A stretch of DNA of 64,000 nucleotides. Origin: Planctomycetota bacterium (lineage in GTDB: Bacteria; Planctomycetota; UBA11346). Location: assembly GCA_038231435.1 (NCBI GenBank), contig JBBRLJ010000027.1, positions 14,517 through 78,516 on the forward strand, in the 5' to 3' direction. Shown in pieces: positions 37,245-46,930 of this stretch. Both the position numbers and the translations under genes were made by a program. Position 1 is the first letter of the stretch; each line of letters opens with the position of its first letter. The notes under the pieces were generated by a model. The model searched no databases. It was not told the origin of the DNA and saw only the letters and a program-made list of their open reading frames with translations.

Positions 37245-39221
37245 ATGATCCAGCGTCGCCCCGTGCTCGTCGCCTCCCTCCTCGGATTGGCCCTCGCCAG
37301 CGGCTTCGCCGGCGCTCCCTCGGCGTCCGGGTCCGAGACTACCGGCGGCGCGCCCGTGCTGATCGAGACTTCGGTGATGCCTGATCTGGCCGCGACCAGA
37401 AAGCGTTTCCAAGCAGGGCCGTTTTCCGCGATCTGGCAGCTTCCGGCGATGGCGCCCGCGCGCGCGAAATTCGACGCCTTCCTCGCGACGCTCAAGAGCG
37501 AGCGCGGCATCGATGGCGCCGCCATCCTCGCCGATGCGACGGCGTACCGCGAGCAGGCCTTCGCCGCTTCCGGCACCATGGGGTTCCGCCTCGGGCTGCG
37601 CCTGCCGGCGACCCTCGACGCGCAATGGGCGGCGATGACGGCGAAGCAGCCCGCCGACGCGACTGGCGCGATCACCAAAGACGGCTTCGCGTGGACGCAC
37701 GGCGCGGGCTGGCTGATGGGCGCGAAGGGCGTGCCGGCGAGCGCCGCCGAGATCTCCGCGCCGAGCGCTCCGACCGGATGCGACGGTTTCACCCGCGTCG
37801 ACATCACGGCGATCTGGCGCGCGCTCGAGCTGCCCGAGGCATCCGCGGCCGTCGACGCTCTGCACCTGTCCACCATCGACTACGCCTGCGTTTTCACGCC
37901 CGGTGGATCAAGCGAATCGCTGGACATGCCGCGCTTCCACCTGCCGCTGCAGCCGGTTGATGCCGCCGCGCTGTCGTGCCTGCCCGAGGACGCGATCCTG
38001 GTCGCCGCTGCAGGCATCGACGGCCACAAGCTCTCAGCGATGATCGCGACCTGCGCCACGGCCTCGCCCACGTTGGACACAGGCATCCATTCCGCCGACC
38101 AGGCGCTCGGCGCGATGGCGCTTCCGCCTATCGCCGCCCTGCTCGGGTCGATCTCGGGCACCGCTTATCTCGCGATCACGCGCGGCTCGCCGTTTCCCGG
38201 CGTCACCATCGCCGTGCCGGCGAGCGCGGAGATCGATCGTGCGCTCGACGGCCTCGCTGGCTCGATGAGCACCGATCAGCCGCTCGATCTCGCCGCGGCA
38301 CGGACGACGGCCCAGGTCATCCCCCTGCCGAACGGCGCGCCGGTGATGCTGCAGATCCGACGCACCGCGACGCACTGGGTGCTCTCCAGCGATGCGGCTG
38401 TCATGATGGCGCTCGAGGCGGCTCCCGATCCCGCTGCAAAATCCCTGCTCGATCTCGTGGCCAAGGCGACCGTGCTCGCGGCCGGTACCAGGCCGAACGC
38501 GGTGTTCTACGAGGACAACCGCGCGCTCGCCGAACTGTTGGTGAATACCGGCGGTTTGGCGATGGGAGCCTTAGGCGCAAAGGCCAAGAAGGACCCCGAA
38601 GCGAAGCAGCAGCTCGAGATGCTGCGCATGGTGATGACCGCGCTGTCGGCGGCAGCGCCCAAGTTGCCGAACTCGCTCATGGCGGTGCTCGACCGCGCCG
38701 ACGGCACGCACGTCATGATGGAGAACGGTGCCGTCCCCGCATGGGCATCGGCGATCGGCGCCGGCATGGCGCTGCCCGCGATCGCCATGACCCGCGCCGC
38801 CGCGCGCCGGGCGTCGTGCGGCAACAACGAGCGCCAGATCATCCGCGGCGCCCTGGTCTTCGCGAACGAGAATGACGGCAAGTGGCCCGCGGATCTCGCG
38901 GTCGTGCGCAAGGAATCGCAGCTGCCGGCGGCGCTGTTCACCTCGCCCAGCGATCCGACCGTCGCCGATCCCTACTGCTACGTGCGCCCCGTGCCCGAAG
39001 CCGAGGCGATGCAGCCGGTGCTGGTCGAGGATCCCGCCTGCAACAAGGGCAAGGGCAGCATGGTCACCTTCGGCGACGGTCATGTCGAATACCTCAAGGG
39101 CACGCTGGCGTGGGCCGAGGCGAAGCGGCTGGCCGCGCTGCCCAAGGCCAAGGCGGACGGCATCGAGGCCAAGGACTGGGCAGAGATCAGGGAGCCCGCG
39201 TCGGCACCAGACGCGAAATGA
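37245..39221 (+). CDS. Exported protein with C-terminal DUF1559-like/pilin-like domain and H-X9-DG-like end
   Basis: Sec signal; internal GMALPAIAMTRAAARRASCGNNERQIIRGALVFANENDGKWP; GSMVTFGDGHV. Confidence 0.75.
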   Translation: MIQRRPVLVASLLGLALASGFAGAPSASGSETTGGAPVLIETSVMPDLAATRKRFQAGPFSAIWQLPAMAPARAKFDAFLATLKSERGIDGAAILADATAYREQAFAASGTMGFRLGLRLPATLDAQWAAMTAKQPADATGAITKDGFAWTHGAGWLMGAKGVPASAAEISAPSAPTGCDGFTRVDITAIWRALELPEASAAVDALHLSTIDYACVFTPGGSSESLDMPRFHLPLQPVDAAALSCLPEDAILVAAAGIDGHKLSAMIATCATASPTLDTGIHSADQALGAMALPPIAALLGSISGTAYLAITRGSPFPGVTIAVPASAEIDRALDGLAGSMSTDQPLDLAAARTTAQVIPLPNGAPVMLQIRRTATHWVLSSDAAVMMALEAAPDPAAKSLLDLVAKATVLAAGTRPNAVFYEDNRALAELLVNTGGLAMGALGAKAKKDPEAKQQLEMLRMVMTALSAAAPKLPNSLMAVLDRADGTHVMMENGAVPAWASAIGAGMALPAIAMTRAAARRASCGNNERQIIRGALVFANENDGKWPADLAVVRKESQLPAALFTSPSDPTVADPYCYVRPVPEAEAMQPVLVEDPACNKGKGSMVTFGDGHVEYLKGTLAWAEAKRLAALPKAKADGIEAKDWAEIREPASAPDAK

Positions 39222-39376
39222 CGGCGGACATCGCCGCGATATGACGCGCTGCGCGCAGGCCGACTGCATCACACATGGCGGGAAGGAGGCGCACGATCCG
39301 ACGCTTACCCAGCCGTAACTCCGGAACCCACCATCGAGGCCCAGCCTCGCGGACTCCGCAGCCACCGGGAACAGCC

Positions 39377-41197
39377 ATGCCATCCATGATCGCCACCGTG
39401 AGAGCGCGCATCTCCTCCGTGGGCCTGACGCTGGCCTGCTTGGCGGCCATCAGTTTCGCCGCCGTCATGACCGCGGTCGCGGCAGATGTCACGATCGACA
39501 TCGATGAGACGACGGTCGTCCACCGGACCGACGCCACCTTCAGCGGCACCAACCTGTGCGCGCTGTGGAACCCGACCATGGTCGGGCCGGCGACGCGCAA
39601 GGCAGCGTCGCAACTGGGATTGGACCTGATCCGCTTCCCAGGCGGCGTGCCAGCGCACTGGTGGGATTGGGAGAAGCCGTTCCAGACCGGCGAATCGAAG
39701 TTCACCGCCGAGATGGTGTGGTCGTTCGCGCAGGAATGCGGCGCGAAGGTGATGTTCCAGACCAACACCTGCACCACCAATCCGGCCAAGAACCTCGACG
39801 CGAGCGGCAAGCACCAGGCCGACTGGGTCGCCTACGCGAAGAAGCAGGGCATCGACGTGGCCTGGTGGGAGATCGGCAACGAGCCCGAGAACGACGGGCC
39901 GGGCAAGGAGAACCTCGACAACGTGATGGCGTGGTACAACGGCAAGTTCACCGAGCAGGGCACGGCCATGAAGGCCGTCGACCCGCGCGCCAGGATCATG
40001 GGCCCGTCCTCGACCAACGTCTACTTCTGGTGGAATCAGCACTGCCTGGAGAAGTTCCTGGTCGCGCACGGCAACCTCAAGGGCGATGGACTGACCGACG
40101 GCATCTCGCTGCACTGGTATCCCGAGGGCGGCGCCGGCGCCTGGGAGCAGAAGCGCGCGACCGCCCAAGGCTGGTACGGCGCCATGGATTTCCTGCGCAA
40201 GGCGATCGCGCCGCTCGACGACCGCAACCTGCCGATCTACATCACCGAATGGAACTGGGGCGGCGGCTTCAACACCCCGTACTGCCGCTTCCTCTCGAAC
40301 GCGCTCGGCTGCGCCGACGTCGTCGGCATGTTCCTGAAGACCGGCGTCAACGGCCACACCCACTTCGTCCTGCAGGGCACCCAGGGCTGGGGTCTGCTCG
40401 GCGAGAACTACGATCCGAGCGGCGAGAACAATCCCACGGTTACCTACTACGCCATCGCGCTCGCCGACAAGCTGCGCGGCGAGGTGCTCGCCTGCAAGGG
40501 ATCCGTCGACGAGGGCAACGTCATGAGCGCCTACGCCACGCGCGATCCTCATGGCCGCATCGAGGTCATGCTCATCAACAAGACCGCCAAGACCCAATCT
40601 GTCGCGGTTTCGTTCGCGAAATTCAAGGCCAAGCTCAAGGGCGTCGACGTCTACTCCTTGGCCGGCAAGACGGCGAATCCGAACGAGGAGTCCGCGGTGT
40701 ACAACGGCGTCGCCGCGCCCCGGCCGCAGGCCGATACCCTCCCGCCGCCGCTGACCGAGAACCCGGACGCCAAGAAGGAGTCCGAGAAGAAGATCGACGA
40801 ACGCATGGCAGCGGACGCGAAGAAGGCGGATGAAGCGAAACTGAAGGCCGAGGAGGAACGCAAGAAGGCCGATATCCAGAAGGCGATCGACGACAAGAAA
40901 TCGCCCTACGAAAAGAAGAAGGACGAGGAACGCCGCGTCGCCGATGAGAAGCGCAAGGCCGACAAGAAGAAGGCCGACGACGACAAGGCGAAGGCCCTCG
41001 AGGAGAAGAAGGCGGCCGATGCCAAGAAGTCAGAGGAGCGCAAGGCGCTCGACGAGAAGCGCAAGCATCCCGCCGGGGCTTCTGGCAAGGACCCCGCGCC
41101 TGCGACCGCACCCGAGCCGCCCAAGGCCGACCCGGACTGCACCTATGAACAGAGCCTCGAGCCGATGTCCATGAAGGTGATCGTCTTCTGGCCGTGA
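39377..41197 (+). CDS. Exported clan GH-A glycoside hydrolase (GH51/GH79/GH44-like) with a Lys/Glu-rich insertion
   Basis: IRFPGG; WWEIGNEP (acid/base); ISLHWY; IYITEWN (nucleophile); MLINK and terminal LEPMSMKVIVF beta-sandwich strand. Confidence 0.8.
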   Translation: MPSMIATVRARISSVGLTLACLAAISFAAVMTAVAADVTIDIDETTVVHRTDATFSGTNLCALWNPTMVGPATRKAASQLGLDLIRFPGGVPAHWWDWEKPFQTGESKFTAEMVWSFAQECGAKVMFQTNTCTTNPAKNLDASGKHQADWVAYAKKQGIDVAWWEIGNEPENDGPGKENLDNVMAWYNGKFTEQGTAMKAVDPRARIMGPSSTNVYFWWNQHCLEKFLVAHGNLKGDGLTDGISLHWYPEGGAGAWEQKRATAQGWYGAMDFLRKAIAPLDDRNLPIYITEWNWGGGFNTPYCRFLSNALGCADVVGMFLKTGVNGHTHFVLQGTQGWGLLGENYDPSGENNPTVTYYAIALADKLRGEVLACKGSVDEGNVMSAYATRDPHGRIEVMLINKTAKTQSVAVSFAKFKAKLKGVDVYSLAGKTANPNEESAVYNGVAAPRPQADTLPPPLTENPDAKKESEKKIDERMAADAKKADEAKLKAEEERKKADIQKAIDDKKSPYEKKKDEERRVADEKRKADKKKADDDKAKALEEKKAADAKKSEERKALDEKRKHPAGASGKDPAPATAPEPPKADPDCTYEQSLEPMSMKVIVFWP

Positions 41198-41228
41198 TGC
41201 GCGGCCGCGCCGGCCGGGCGGAAGAGCC

Positions 41229-42212
41229 TCACCAGCGGAAGACGACGGTCAGATTGCGGCGATCGCTCTCGAGCTCGGCGAACACCGCCGCCGCCTCGTC
41301 GGGCGTCCGGGGCCGCCCAGCGACCCGCTCCCATGGCGCGATCCCGCGAGCCATCAGACCGAGCGCCGCTTCGTGGTCTGAGCGCACGGTGGCGCGCGGC
41401 ACCAGGATCGTCAGCTCGCGCGTGAAGGCCGGATCGTACGGCACGGTGAAGCCCTCGGCGTAGCTGCCCTGGACGAGATAACGCGGGCCGCGGGCGTGCT
41501 CATCTCCCCAGGTCGGCTGCCGCCCGAGGGTGATCGCCTCGGCCATCACTCGCGCCGATCCGGTCGCATCGACGATCACGTCGGCACCATCGGGGAAACG
41601 CGCGCGGAACGCCTCGGACAGGCTCGGCGACGGCTCGATGACGCTGATGCCGAGCGCGTGCGCGGTGGCGCGGCGTTCGGGGGACACGTCGCAGGCGACG
41701 ACCTCGGCCCCCGCCTGCGCGTGGGCGAGCGCCGCCATGGCACCGATGGGGCCGAGACCGATGACTGCGACGCGCTCGAGCGGGCGGGGGCGTGACAGCC
41801 GCATGCCATGCCACGCGATCGCGAGCAACGGCGCTAGCGCCGCCGCCTCGGGCGCGATGCCCGGCGGCAGCGACAGGGTCTCGGCGGCGGGGATGACGGC
41901 ATGGGCGCAATGTCCGCCCCACAGCAGATGCACGCCCTCGGCGTGCCGCGTGCCCGACGCCAGCACGAGGTCGCCGAGCGATCGGGCCACCCCGGCACCC
42001 GCAGCGACCACGCGCCCGACGAGGGCGTAGCCCGGAATGAACGGGTAGATGGTTCCCGGCTGCAGGCCGTGCAGGCAACGCAGCTCGGTGCCGGGGCTGA
42101 CGCCTGTGACCAGGGTCTCGATCAGCACCTCGCCAGGCGCGGGCTCGCGGATGTCCACCTCGCGTACCTCGATGCGGCGCGCCGACGGCACCACCAGGGC
42201 TCGGCTATGCAT
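41229..42212 (-). CDS. MDR-family (zinc-binding type) alcohol/sugar dehydrogenase
   Basis: MHSRALVV; GEVLIETLVTGVSPGTE; PGYALVGRV; VAVIGLGPIG; DVIVDATG. Confidence 0.88.
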   Translation of the reverse strand: MHSRALVVPSARRIEVREVDIREPAPGEVLIETLVTGVSPGTELRCLHGLQPGTIYPFIPGYALVGRVVAAGAGVARSLGDLVLASGTRHAEGVHLLWGGHCAHAVIPAAETLSLPPGIAPEAAALAPLLAIAWHGMRLSRPRPLERVAVIGLGPIGAMAALAHAQAGAEVVACDVSPERRATAHALGISVIEPSPSLSEAFRARFPDGADVIVDATGSARVMAEAITLGRQPTWGDEHARGPRYLVQGSYAEGFTVPYDPAFTRELTILVPRATVRSDHEAALGLMARGIAPWERVAGRPRTPDEAAAVFAELESDRRNLTVVFRW

Positions 42213-42238
42213 GGACGTCCGCCTCGCAACACATCGGA

Positions 42239-43627
42239 TCAGCGTGGCGCATCTACGGCTCCGAGCAGTTCGGGGCGGCCGCCGGGCGGGGTCACCTCGA
42301 TGGTGAAGGTCTTGCCAGCGGCCGCGGGAATGCGTTGATCGATCACCAGGGGCGCCGTGGGCGAGCACGGCCACGACGCCACCTCGCTGGCGTCGCAGCG
42401 CAGCGCGGCCGTGCCTTTCGCGAACGCTCCGAATGAACCGGACACGCGCAGCTCGGCTCCGGCGCGCTCGACGCGCAGCGGCTGGGTGGTGACGCCGCCC
42501 GGGGAGACCGCGACGATCGATCCGGCCGCGCGGCACGCGCACAGCTGCCAGGTGACGACCGAGATGGCGCCAGGATCGAGATCCAGTTCGGGGGTCATCG
42601 CCTCGACCTCTACCGAATGCTCGCCGAGCATGTTGACCGCGACCGACGACCAGCCTTCGGGCACGCGGCCCTCGAGCGCGCCGGCTTCGGGGAAGCGTAC
42701 CACCAGCACCGTGCCATCGCCGCCGTCCTGCCAGGCAATCCAGCCGCCATCGCTGTCGCCGCTGATCTTGCCGGACCTGCCGAGGCAGCGGCTGCGCATG
42801 ACGCGCGCCTGCGCGTCCGGCTGCCACATTGCGTCGTCATAGTCCGCGTTCTGGGCCAAGTAGTTGCGGGGCCCGAAGCGGCTCGCACCGTGGCCGCGGA
42901 ACGGCCACACCACGGTGTCGGCCGCCGCGGGATCCGCGCGCACGGTCACCGGCGCGACCGCCACCAGCCATTGCGACCAACGCTGCGGATAAGGCGAGAC
43001 GTTGCTCAGGGTGGTGGTGATCGACAACCGCGCCGCCGCGGGATCAAGGTGGTAGCTGTAGGCGAGCTGCATCCCCGAGCAGCGCCAATGCGGATGGACC
43101 TCCGCCGGACCATGGGCATCGAGGGTGCCGTCTCCGGCCGGGAAGAAGCGGTAAGCGCCGTGATCGATCGCCGGCGGCGGCGGCCACGACCCGATCTGCG
43201 CGTCGTGGCGCTTCCACTGCGCCTGCGGACCCGGCCAGACGCGCACGCCGCCGGTGTCGCGGTATTGCCACATGCTGATGCCGCCGGGGGTCGGATCGCC
43301 GGTGTCGCCAACCGCCGACGCATCGGCCCACAGCAGCGGCTTGCCGCCGAGCTCGAAGCGCAGCAGGCGCGCCCCCGCGTCGGCGCCGACTCCGGCGACG
43401 GCCAAGCCGTTGTCCGCCAGCCAGCCGGCGTGCCCGAACAACGCCGGGGTCGCCGTGAATGCACCTGGTGGAGGCGCGTCGGCGGCGCTCGCGCCCGCCG
43501 AGATCGCTGCCGCGCCCAGGCAGCAGCGCAACAATGCGCGGATGCGATGCGCGTTCGCGCGCGCCAGGCCAGCTGATGACATCGCGCTCATGCCAGGTCT
43601 CCGTGAAGGTAAATCGACCCCGCTCAT
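42239..43627 (-). CDS. Exported hypothetical protein, DUF4380/galactose-mutarotase-like fold
   Basis: ATGA-coupled to GH9; GARLL.F; GG.RVWPGPQ..W; WPPP..ID.G; VEVEA. Confidence 0.6.
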   Translation of the reverse strand: MSGVDLPSRRPGMSAMSSAGLARANAHRIRALLRCCLGAAAISAGASAADAPPPGAFTATPALFGHAGWLADNGLAVAGVGADAGARLLRFELGGKPLLWADASAVGDTGDPTPGGISMWQYRDTGGVRVWPGPQAQWKRHDAQIGSWPPPPAIDHGAYRFFPAGDGTLDAHGPAEVHPHWRCSGMQLAYSYHLDPAAARLSITTTLSNVSPYPQRWSQWLVAVAPVTVRADPAAADTVVWPFRGHGASRFGPRNYLAQNADYDDAMWQPDAQARVMRSRCLGRSGKISGDSDGGWIAWQDGGDGTVLVVRFPEAGALEGRVPEGWSSVAVNMLGEHSVEVEAMTPELDLDPGAISVVTWQLCACRAAGSIVAVSPGGVTTQPLRVERAGAELRVSGSFGAFAKGTAALRCDASEVASWPCSPTAPLVIDQRIPAAAGKTFTIEVTPPGGRPELLGAVDAPR

Positions 43628-46059
43628 GGCCGGGCCGCCAGGTAGCCCCAGAAGAAGCTCACCGGTCCGAGCTGCTGCGAGATCGTAAACTCGTCGAGCG
43701 ACGGCGCGACGAAGATGTCGAGGTCCGACTCCTGCGCCGGCCAGCTGTAGGAATCAGGCACCATCCCATAGGTGAACCATTTGTGCACCCAGTCGTTCGA
43801 TCCGCGGCTCATGTCGCCCGCCTCGTCAGCGCACCCGTAGATGGTGATACCTACCGGAGCGGGTTGGCCGCTGGCCCGGCTGTCGACGTGCAGCGGGTGG
43901 CGTGGCCAGTCGTGACCGACGCCGACGGTATAGGTGCGGTTCTCCGGATTGGCTCCCAAGCCGTAGGTGCAGGCCTGGACGACCGCGGCGAGATGGCGCG
44001 GGTCCTTGGTCAGGAAGTGCGCGCGCGGCAGGTTCTGCGACGCCATGCCCGGAGTGCTGAAATAGCCGACCCAACTGATCATCGGCAGGTCGGTGCGGTC
44101 GGTGATCACGCCGAAGGCGTTGCCGGCGGCGAAGGCGATGGCGTTGTCGGCCACCGAGGCGAACAGCGCGACGGCCTTCTTGCGCAGTTCGGCGTCCGTC
44201 GAGGCCGCAGGCAAGCACGCGTAGGTGAAGGTGGCTTCCGGCTGTTCGACGAAGCGGCCCGGTTTCGCGAGCTCGGTGACCTTGATGAAGGCGTCACGGA
44301 AGCGCGCTTCGGAGGTGAGCGCGTAGAGCTCGATCGCCGCAAATGCGTGCCATCTCGAAGCGGCAGGGCTCGCATCGGTGGCCGCGGCGTCCGGGTGCGC
44401 CTCGGCCCAGGCCCACGCCTCGAGCGATGACGCACGGAAATCAGAGGCCAGGGCCGCATCGATCTTCGCGAGCACCCGCGAGGCCTTGGCGGCGCACCCG
44501 GCGTACAGGATGGTGGTGCCGAGATCCGGGGCGTAAACGCCGACAGCCTTGCCTTGCGAGCTCGTCGCAGCGGGGCGCGCGCCCCAGCCTTCGCCGTATC
44601 CGCCACGCACCGAGCCGTCCGGCAGCTGCAGGCGGCGGAACAGCGCCAGGTTCCATAGCGCCTCGTCGAGCACGTCGGGGATCTTGTTGCCGGCTTCCGC
44701 CGGCGGCAGCGACAGCCGCGTCGACGCGGCGAAGGTCGGGAACATCTCCGCCAGCTCGAGCAGCAGCTCGGTGGCGGCGAGATGCCCGGATAGGGAATCC
44801 CAATCCCCCGCATCCTGGTAGCCGCCCCACACCCCGGGCGCCTCGCGCAGCGCCCCAGCCTTGGACAGCTTGACGAGATCGTCCCCGCGCGCGCCTTCCT
44901 GCCCCGCGCGTTCCGGGATCGTGAGCTGGAAGAAATGCACGCCGTCGTCGGGATGGAAGGGGCGCGGTCGCTTGAGATCCGCCCACGGCGCCTCGAGGGC
45001 GATGCCGTTGCGCTGGTTGACGAAGCCGCGCATCGAGGTGATGAAAGCGCGTGTCCACACGTCCGCCGCGATCTCGAAGGTGTCGCTGCAGCCGATCCCG
45101 GGCACGTGGACGCGGTAACGGCCGGGCTTGTCGAAGGTGCTGAAGTCGAGCCCCCAGACCGCGGTCTTCGCGTAGTCCTTGGCCGCGATCAGCGTCTCCG
45201 TCGCGTCCTTGGCCTTCACCAGCACCGGCTTGCCGGTGAACACGACCTTGCCCTTGTCGTCGCGCAGCTCGAAGGCTTCAAGGCCCTCGTGCTGGTAGCC
45301 TCCGCCGGTGCCGAGCCAGATGGACAGACTGGCGCGCTTGCTCGGGTCGTTCGGCCGGTAGCCGGTATGGATCGCATGCACGGCCTCGCTGCGCGCGTTC
45401 GCGGTGTCGTGGCGATAGGCGACCGATTCCACGGCGGTGTTCAATCCCTGCAGCGCAATGGTGTAGGATCTGCCGTCGATGAGCGGCGTGGGGAGGCGCA
45501 GGTAGATGTGGTGCTCGACGGGCTGGCAGCCGTCGACGCCCGAGTCGGTGGGCTTGCTCTTGCGGTTCACGGCCTTCGGCGGGAGCGGTTTCGCGTAGGC
45601 GGGGTCATCCGTCGAGGTGATGGCGTACGCGGACGGATCGTCGACGAGCCTGGTCTCAAGGGGCTTCCCGATCACGTTGTCGGCGGGCAGGACCCTGGTG
45701 CCGTCCGGGGACAGCGTGCCGAGTCGGGTGCGTTGCCCGGCAACGACACGGTAGATATCCTTCTCGCAGAGCTGGGCGAACGCCTTCCGGCTCTCATCCC
45801 ACATCCACTGCGGCTTGTCCTTGTCCTTCTCGACCGCCTCGTCGCCCGGAGCCGCGGTGTACGGCACGAGCCCCGGGTGCTCGATCGTGTTCGCGCAGAT
45901 GACGATGGCGAGGATGTCGCGCGCCACCGCCGACACGGCGACCACCTTCGGACCGTCAGCGGGGTGCGCGGCAACCACGCTCCAGGCCGCGGCAGGGACG
46001 GCGAATGAGAGGACGGCGAGGTTGGCGATGAAACTCAGGCGAGAGCTGAAGGTGGTCAT
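43624..46059 (-). CDS. GH9 glycoside hydrolase (cellulase-like) with N-terminal Ig-like domains
   Basis: Signal peptide; H.GYRP; LDFS.F.KPGRYRV..PGIGCS; QRNG; GGYQDAGDWD; DVLDEALW; LGANP...TVGVG...HPLH; DEFT. Confidence 0.9.
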   Translation of the reverse strand: MTTFSSRLSFIANLAVLSFAVPAAAWSVVAAHPADGPKVVAVSAVARDILAIVICANTIEHPGLVPYTAAPGDEAVEKDKDKPQWMWDESRKAFAQLCEKDIYRVVAGQRTRLGTLSPDGTRVLPADNVIGKPLETRLVDDPSAYAITSTDDPAYAKPLPPKAVNRKSKPTDSGVDGCQPVEHHIYLRLPTPLIDGRSYTIALQGLNTAVESVAYRHDTANARSEAVHAIHTGYRPNDPSKRASLSIWLGTGGGYQHEGLEAFELRDDKGKVVFTGKPVLVKAKDATETLIAAKDYAKTAVWGLDFSTFDKPGRYRVHVPGIGCSDTFEIAADVWTRAFITSMRGFVNQRNGIALEAPWADLKRPRPFHPDDGVHFFQLTIPERAGQEGARGDDLVKLSKAGALREAPGVWGGYQDAGDWDSLSGHLAATELLLELAEMFPTFAASTRLSLPPAEAGNKIPDVLDEALWNLALFRRLQLPDGSVRGGYGEGWGARPAATSSQGKAVGVYAPDLGTTILYAGCAAKASRVLAKIDAALASDFRASSLEAWAWAEAHPDAAATDASPAASRWHAFAAIELYALTSEARFRDAFIKVTELAKPGRFVEQPEATFTYACLPAASTDAELRKKAVALFASVADNAIAFAAGNAFGVITDRTDLPMISWVGYFSTPGMASQNLPRAHFLTKDPRHLAAVVQACTYGLGANPENRTYTVGVGHDWPRHPLHVDSRASGQPAPVGITIYGCADEAGDMSRGSNDWVHKWFTYGMVPDSYSWPAQESDLDIFVAPSLDEFTISQQLGPVSFFWGYLAARP

Positions 46060-46294
46060 GGAGGTCAGGCATCCTGTGTCTGGCAAGGGCATGCCCATGG
46101 AGCTGGCGGCCTGCCTGGAGTATACCATCGGCCTGGGACGTCCTGCTGGCCTCCCCTGACTTCATCATGCGTGCGCTCACGGCGCGGGGTCTCCGGGGAG
46201 CCTCCCCCTGGGGGGGTGCCTGTCTGTACAGCGGGTCTGGTGCGGTTCCGGCCCGCCGCCAGTGTCCAGTACAGTCGTCGGCGACTCGCGGGAG

Positions 46295-46930
46295 ATGCTT
46301 CAGGGGAGCCTTGCCAATGGTGTCGTCCAGGCGTCAATCGAAGTCGTGGAAGCGGAGCCGGACGACGCAGCAGGCGACATCGAGCCGCACGAGGTCGCCG
46401 CTGGCGGCGGGCTCGACCACGATACCGCCGTCCGCCTGGTGCTCGAGCAGGAACCGTTGCTGGTCGGATTCGCCCGCGCCATCGTCGGCAGCCGCGACGT
46501 CGCCGAGGACATCTTCCAGGATCTGGTCATGCTCGTGATGCGCAAGCACGCCAGCATACCCAATCAGGATGCCGTCTCTGGTTGGACCAGGCGCGCGACG
46601 CGCTTCCTCGCCCTCAAACGGCTGCAGCGCATGTCGCGCGAGCGTCCCGTGATGGACGAGGAGCTGGTCGGGCTGCTCGAACGCGATTTCTCCGAACTGG
46701 GCTTCGATACCGTCGGCGACCAGTATCTCGCCGCGCTCGGGCGCTGCCGCGAACGCCTGCCGGCGAAGTCGCGGGAGATCCTCGAGCTGCGATACGAAGC
46801 CGATCTCGATTGCCAGCAGATCGCGGATCGGCTGAAGCGCCCATTGAACACCGTCTACGTGATGCTCACCCGCCTCCACCGTTCACTCGAAGAGTGCATC
46901 CGATCACGGCTCCGGAGTTCCGATGCCTGA
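46295..46930 (+). CDS. ECF sigma-70 factor; start uncertain
   Basis: AEDIFQD; GW.RR..R; AL..C.E.LP.KSR.ILELRY; IADRLKRPLNTVYVML.R. Confidence 0.9.
   Translation: MLQGSLANGVVQASIEVVEAEPDDAAGDIEPHEVAAGGGLDHDTAVRLVLEQEPLLVGFARAIVGSRDVAEDIFQDLVMLVMRKHASIPNQDAVSGWTRRATRFLALKRLQRMSRERPVMDEELVGLLERDFSELGFDTVGDQYLAALGRCRERLPAKSREILELRYEADLDCQQIADRLKRPLNTVYVMLTRLHRSLEECIRSRLRSSDA

Noticed and set aside
46119..46230. GTATAC and TGTCTGTACA near the GH9/ECF promoter (also GTATAC near 53316) as further operators
   Set aside because: Only partial matches to GTATATAC; too short to support.
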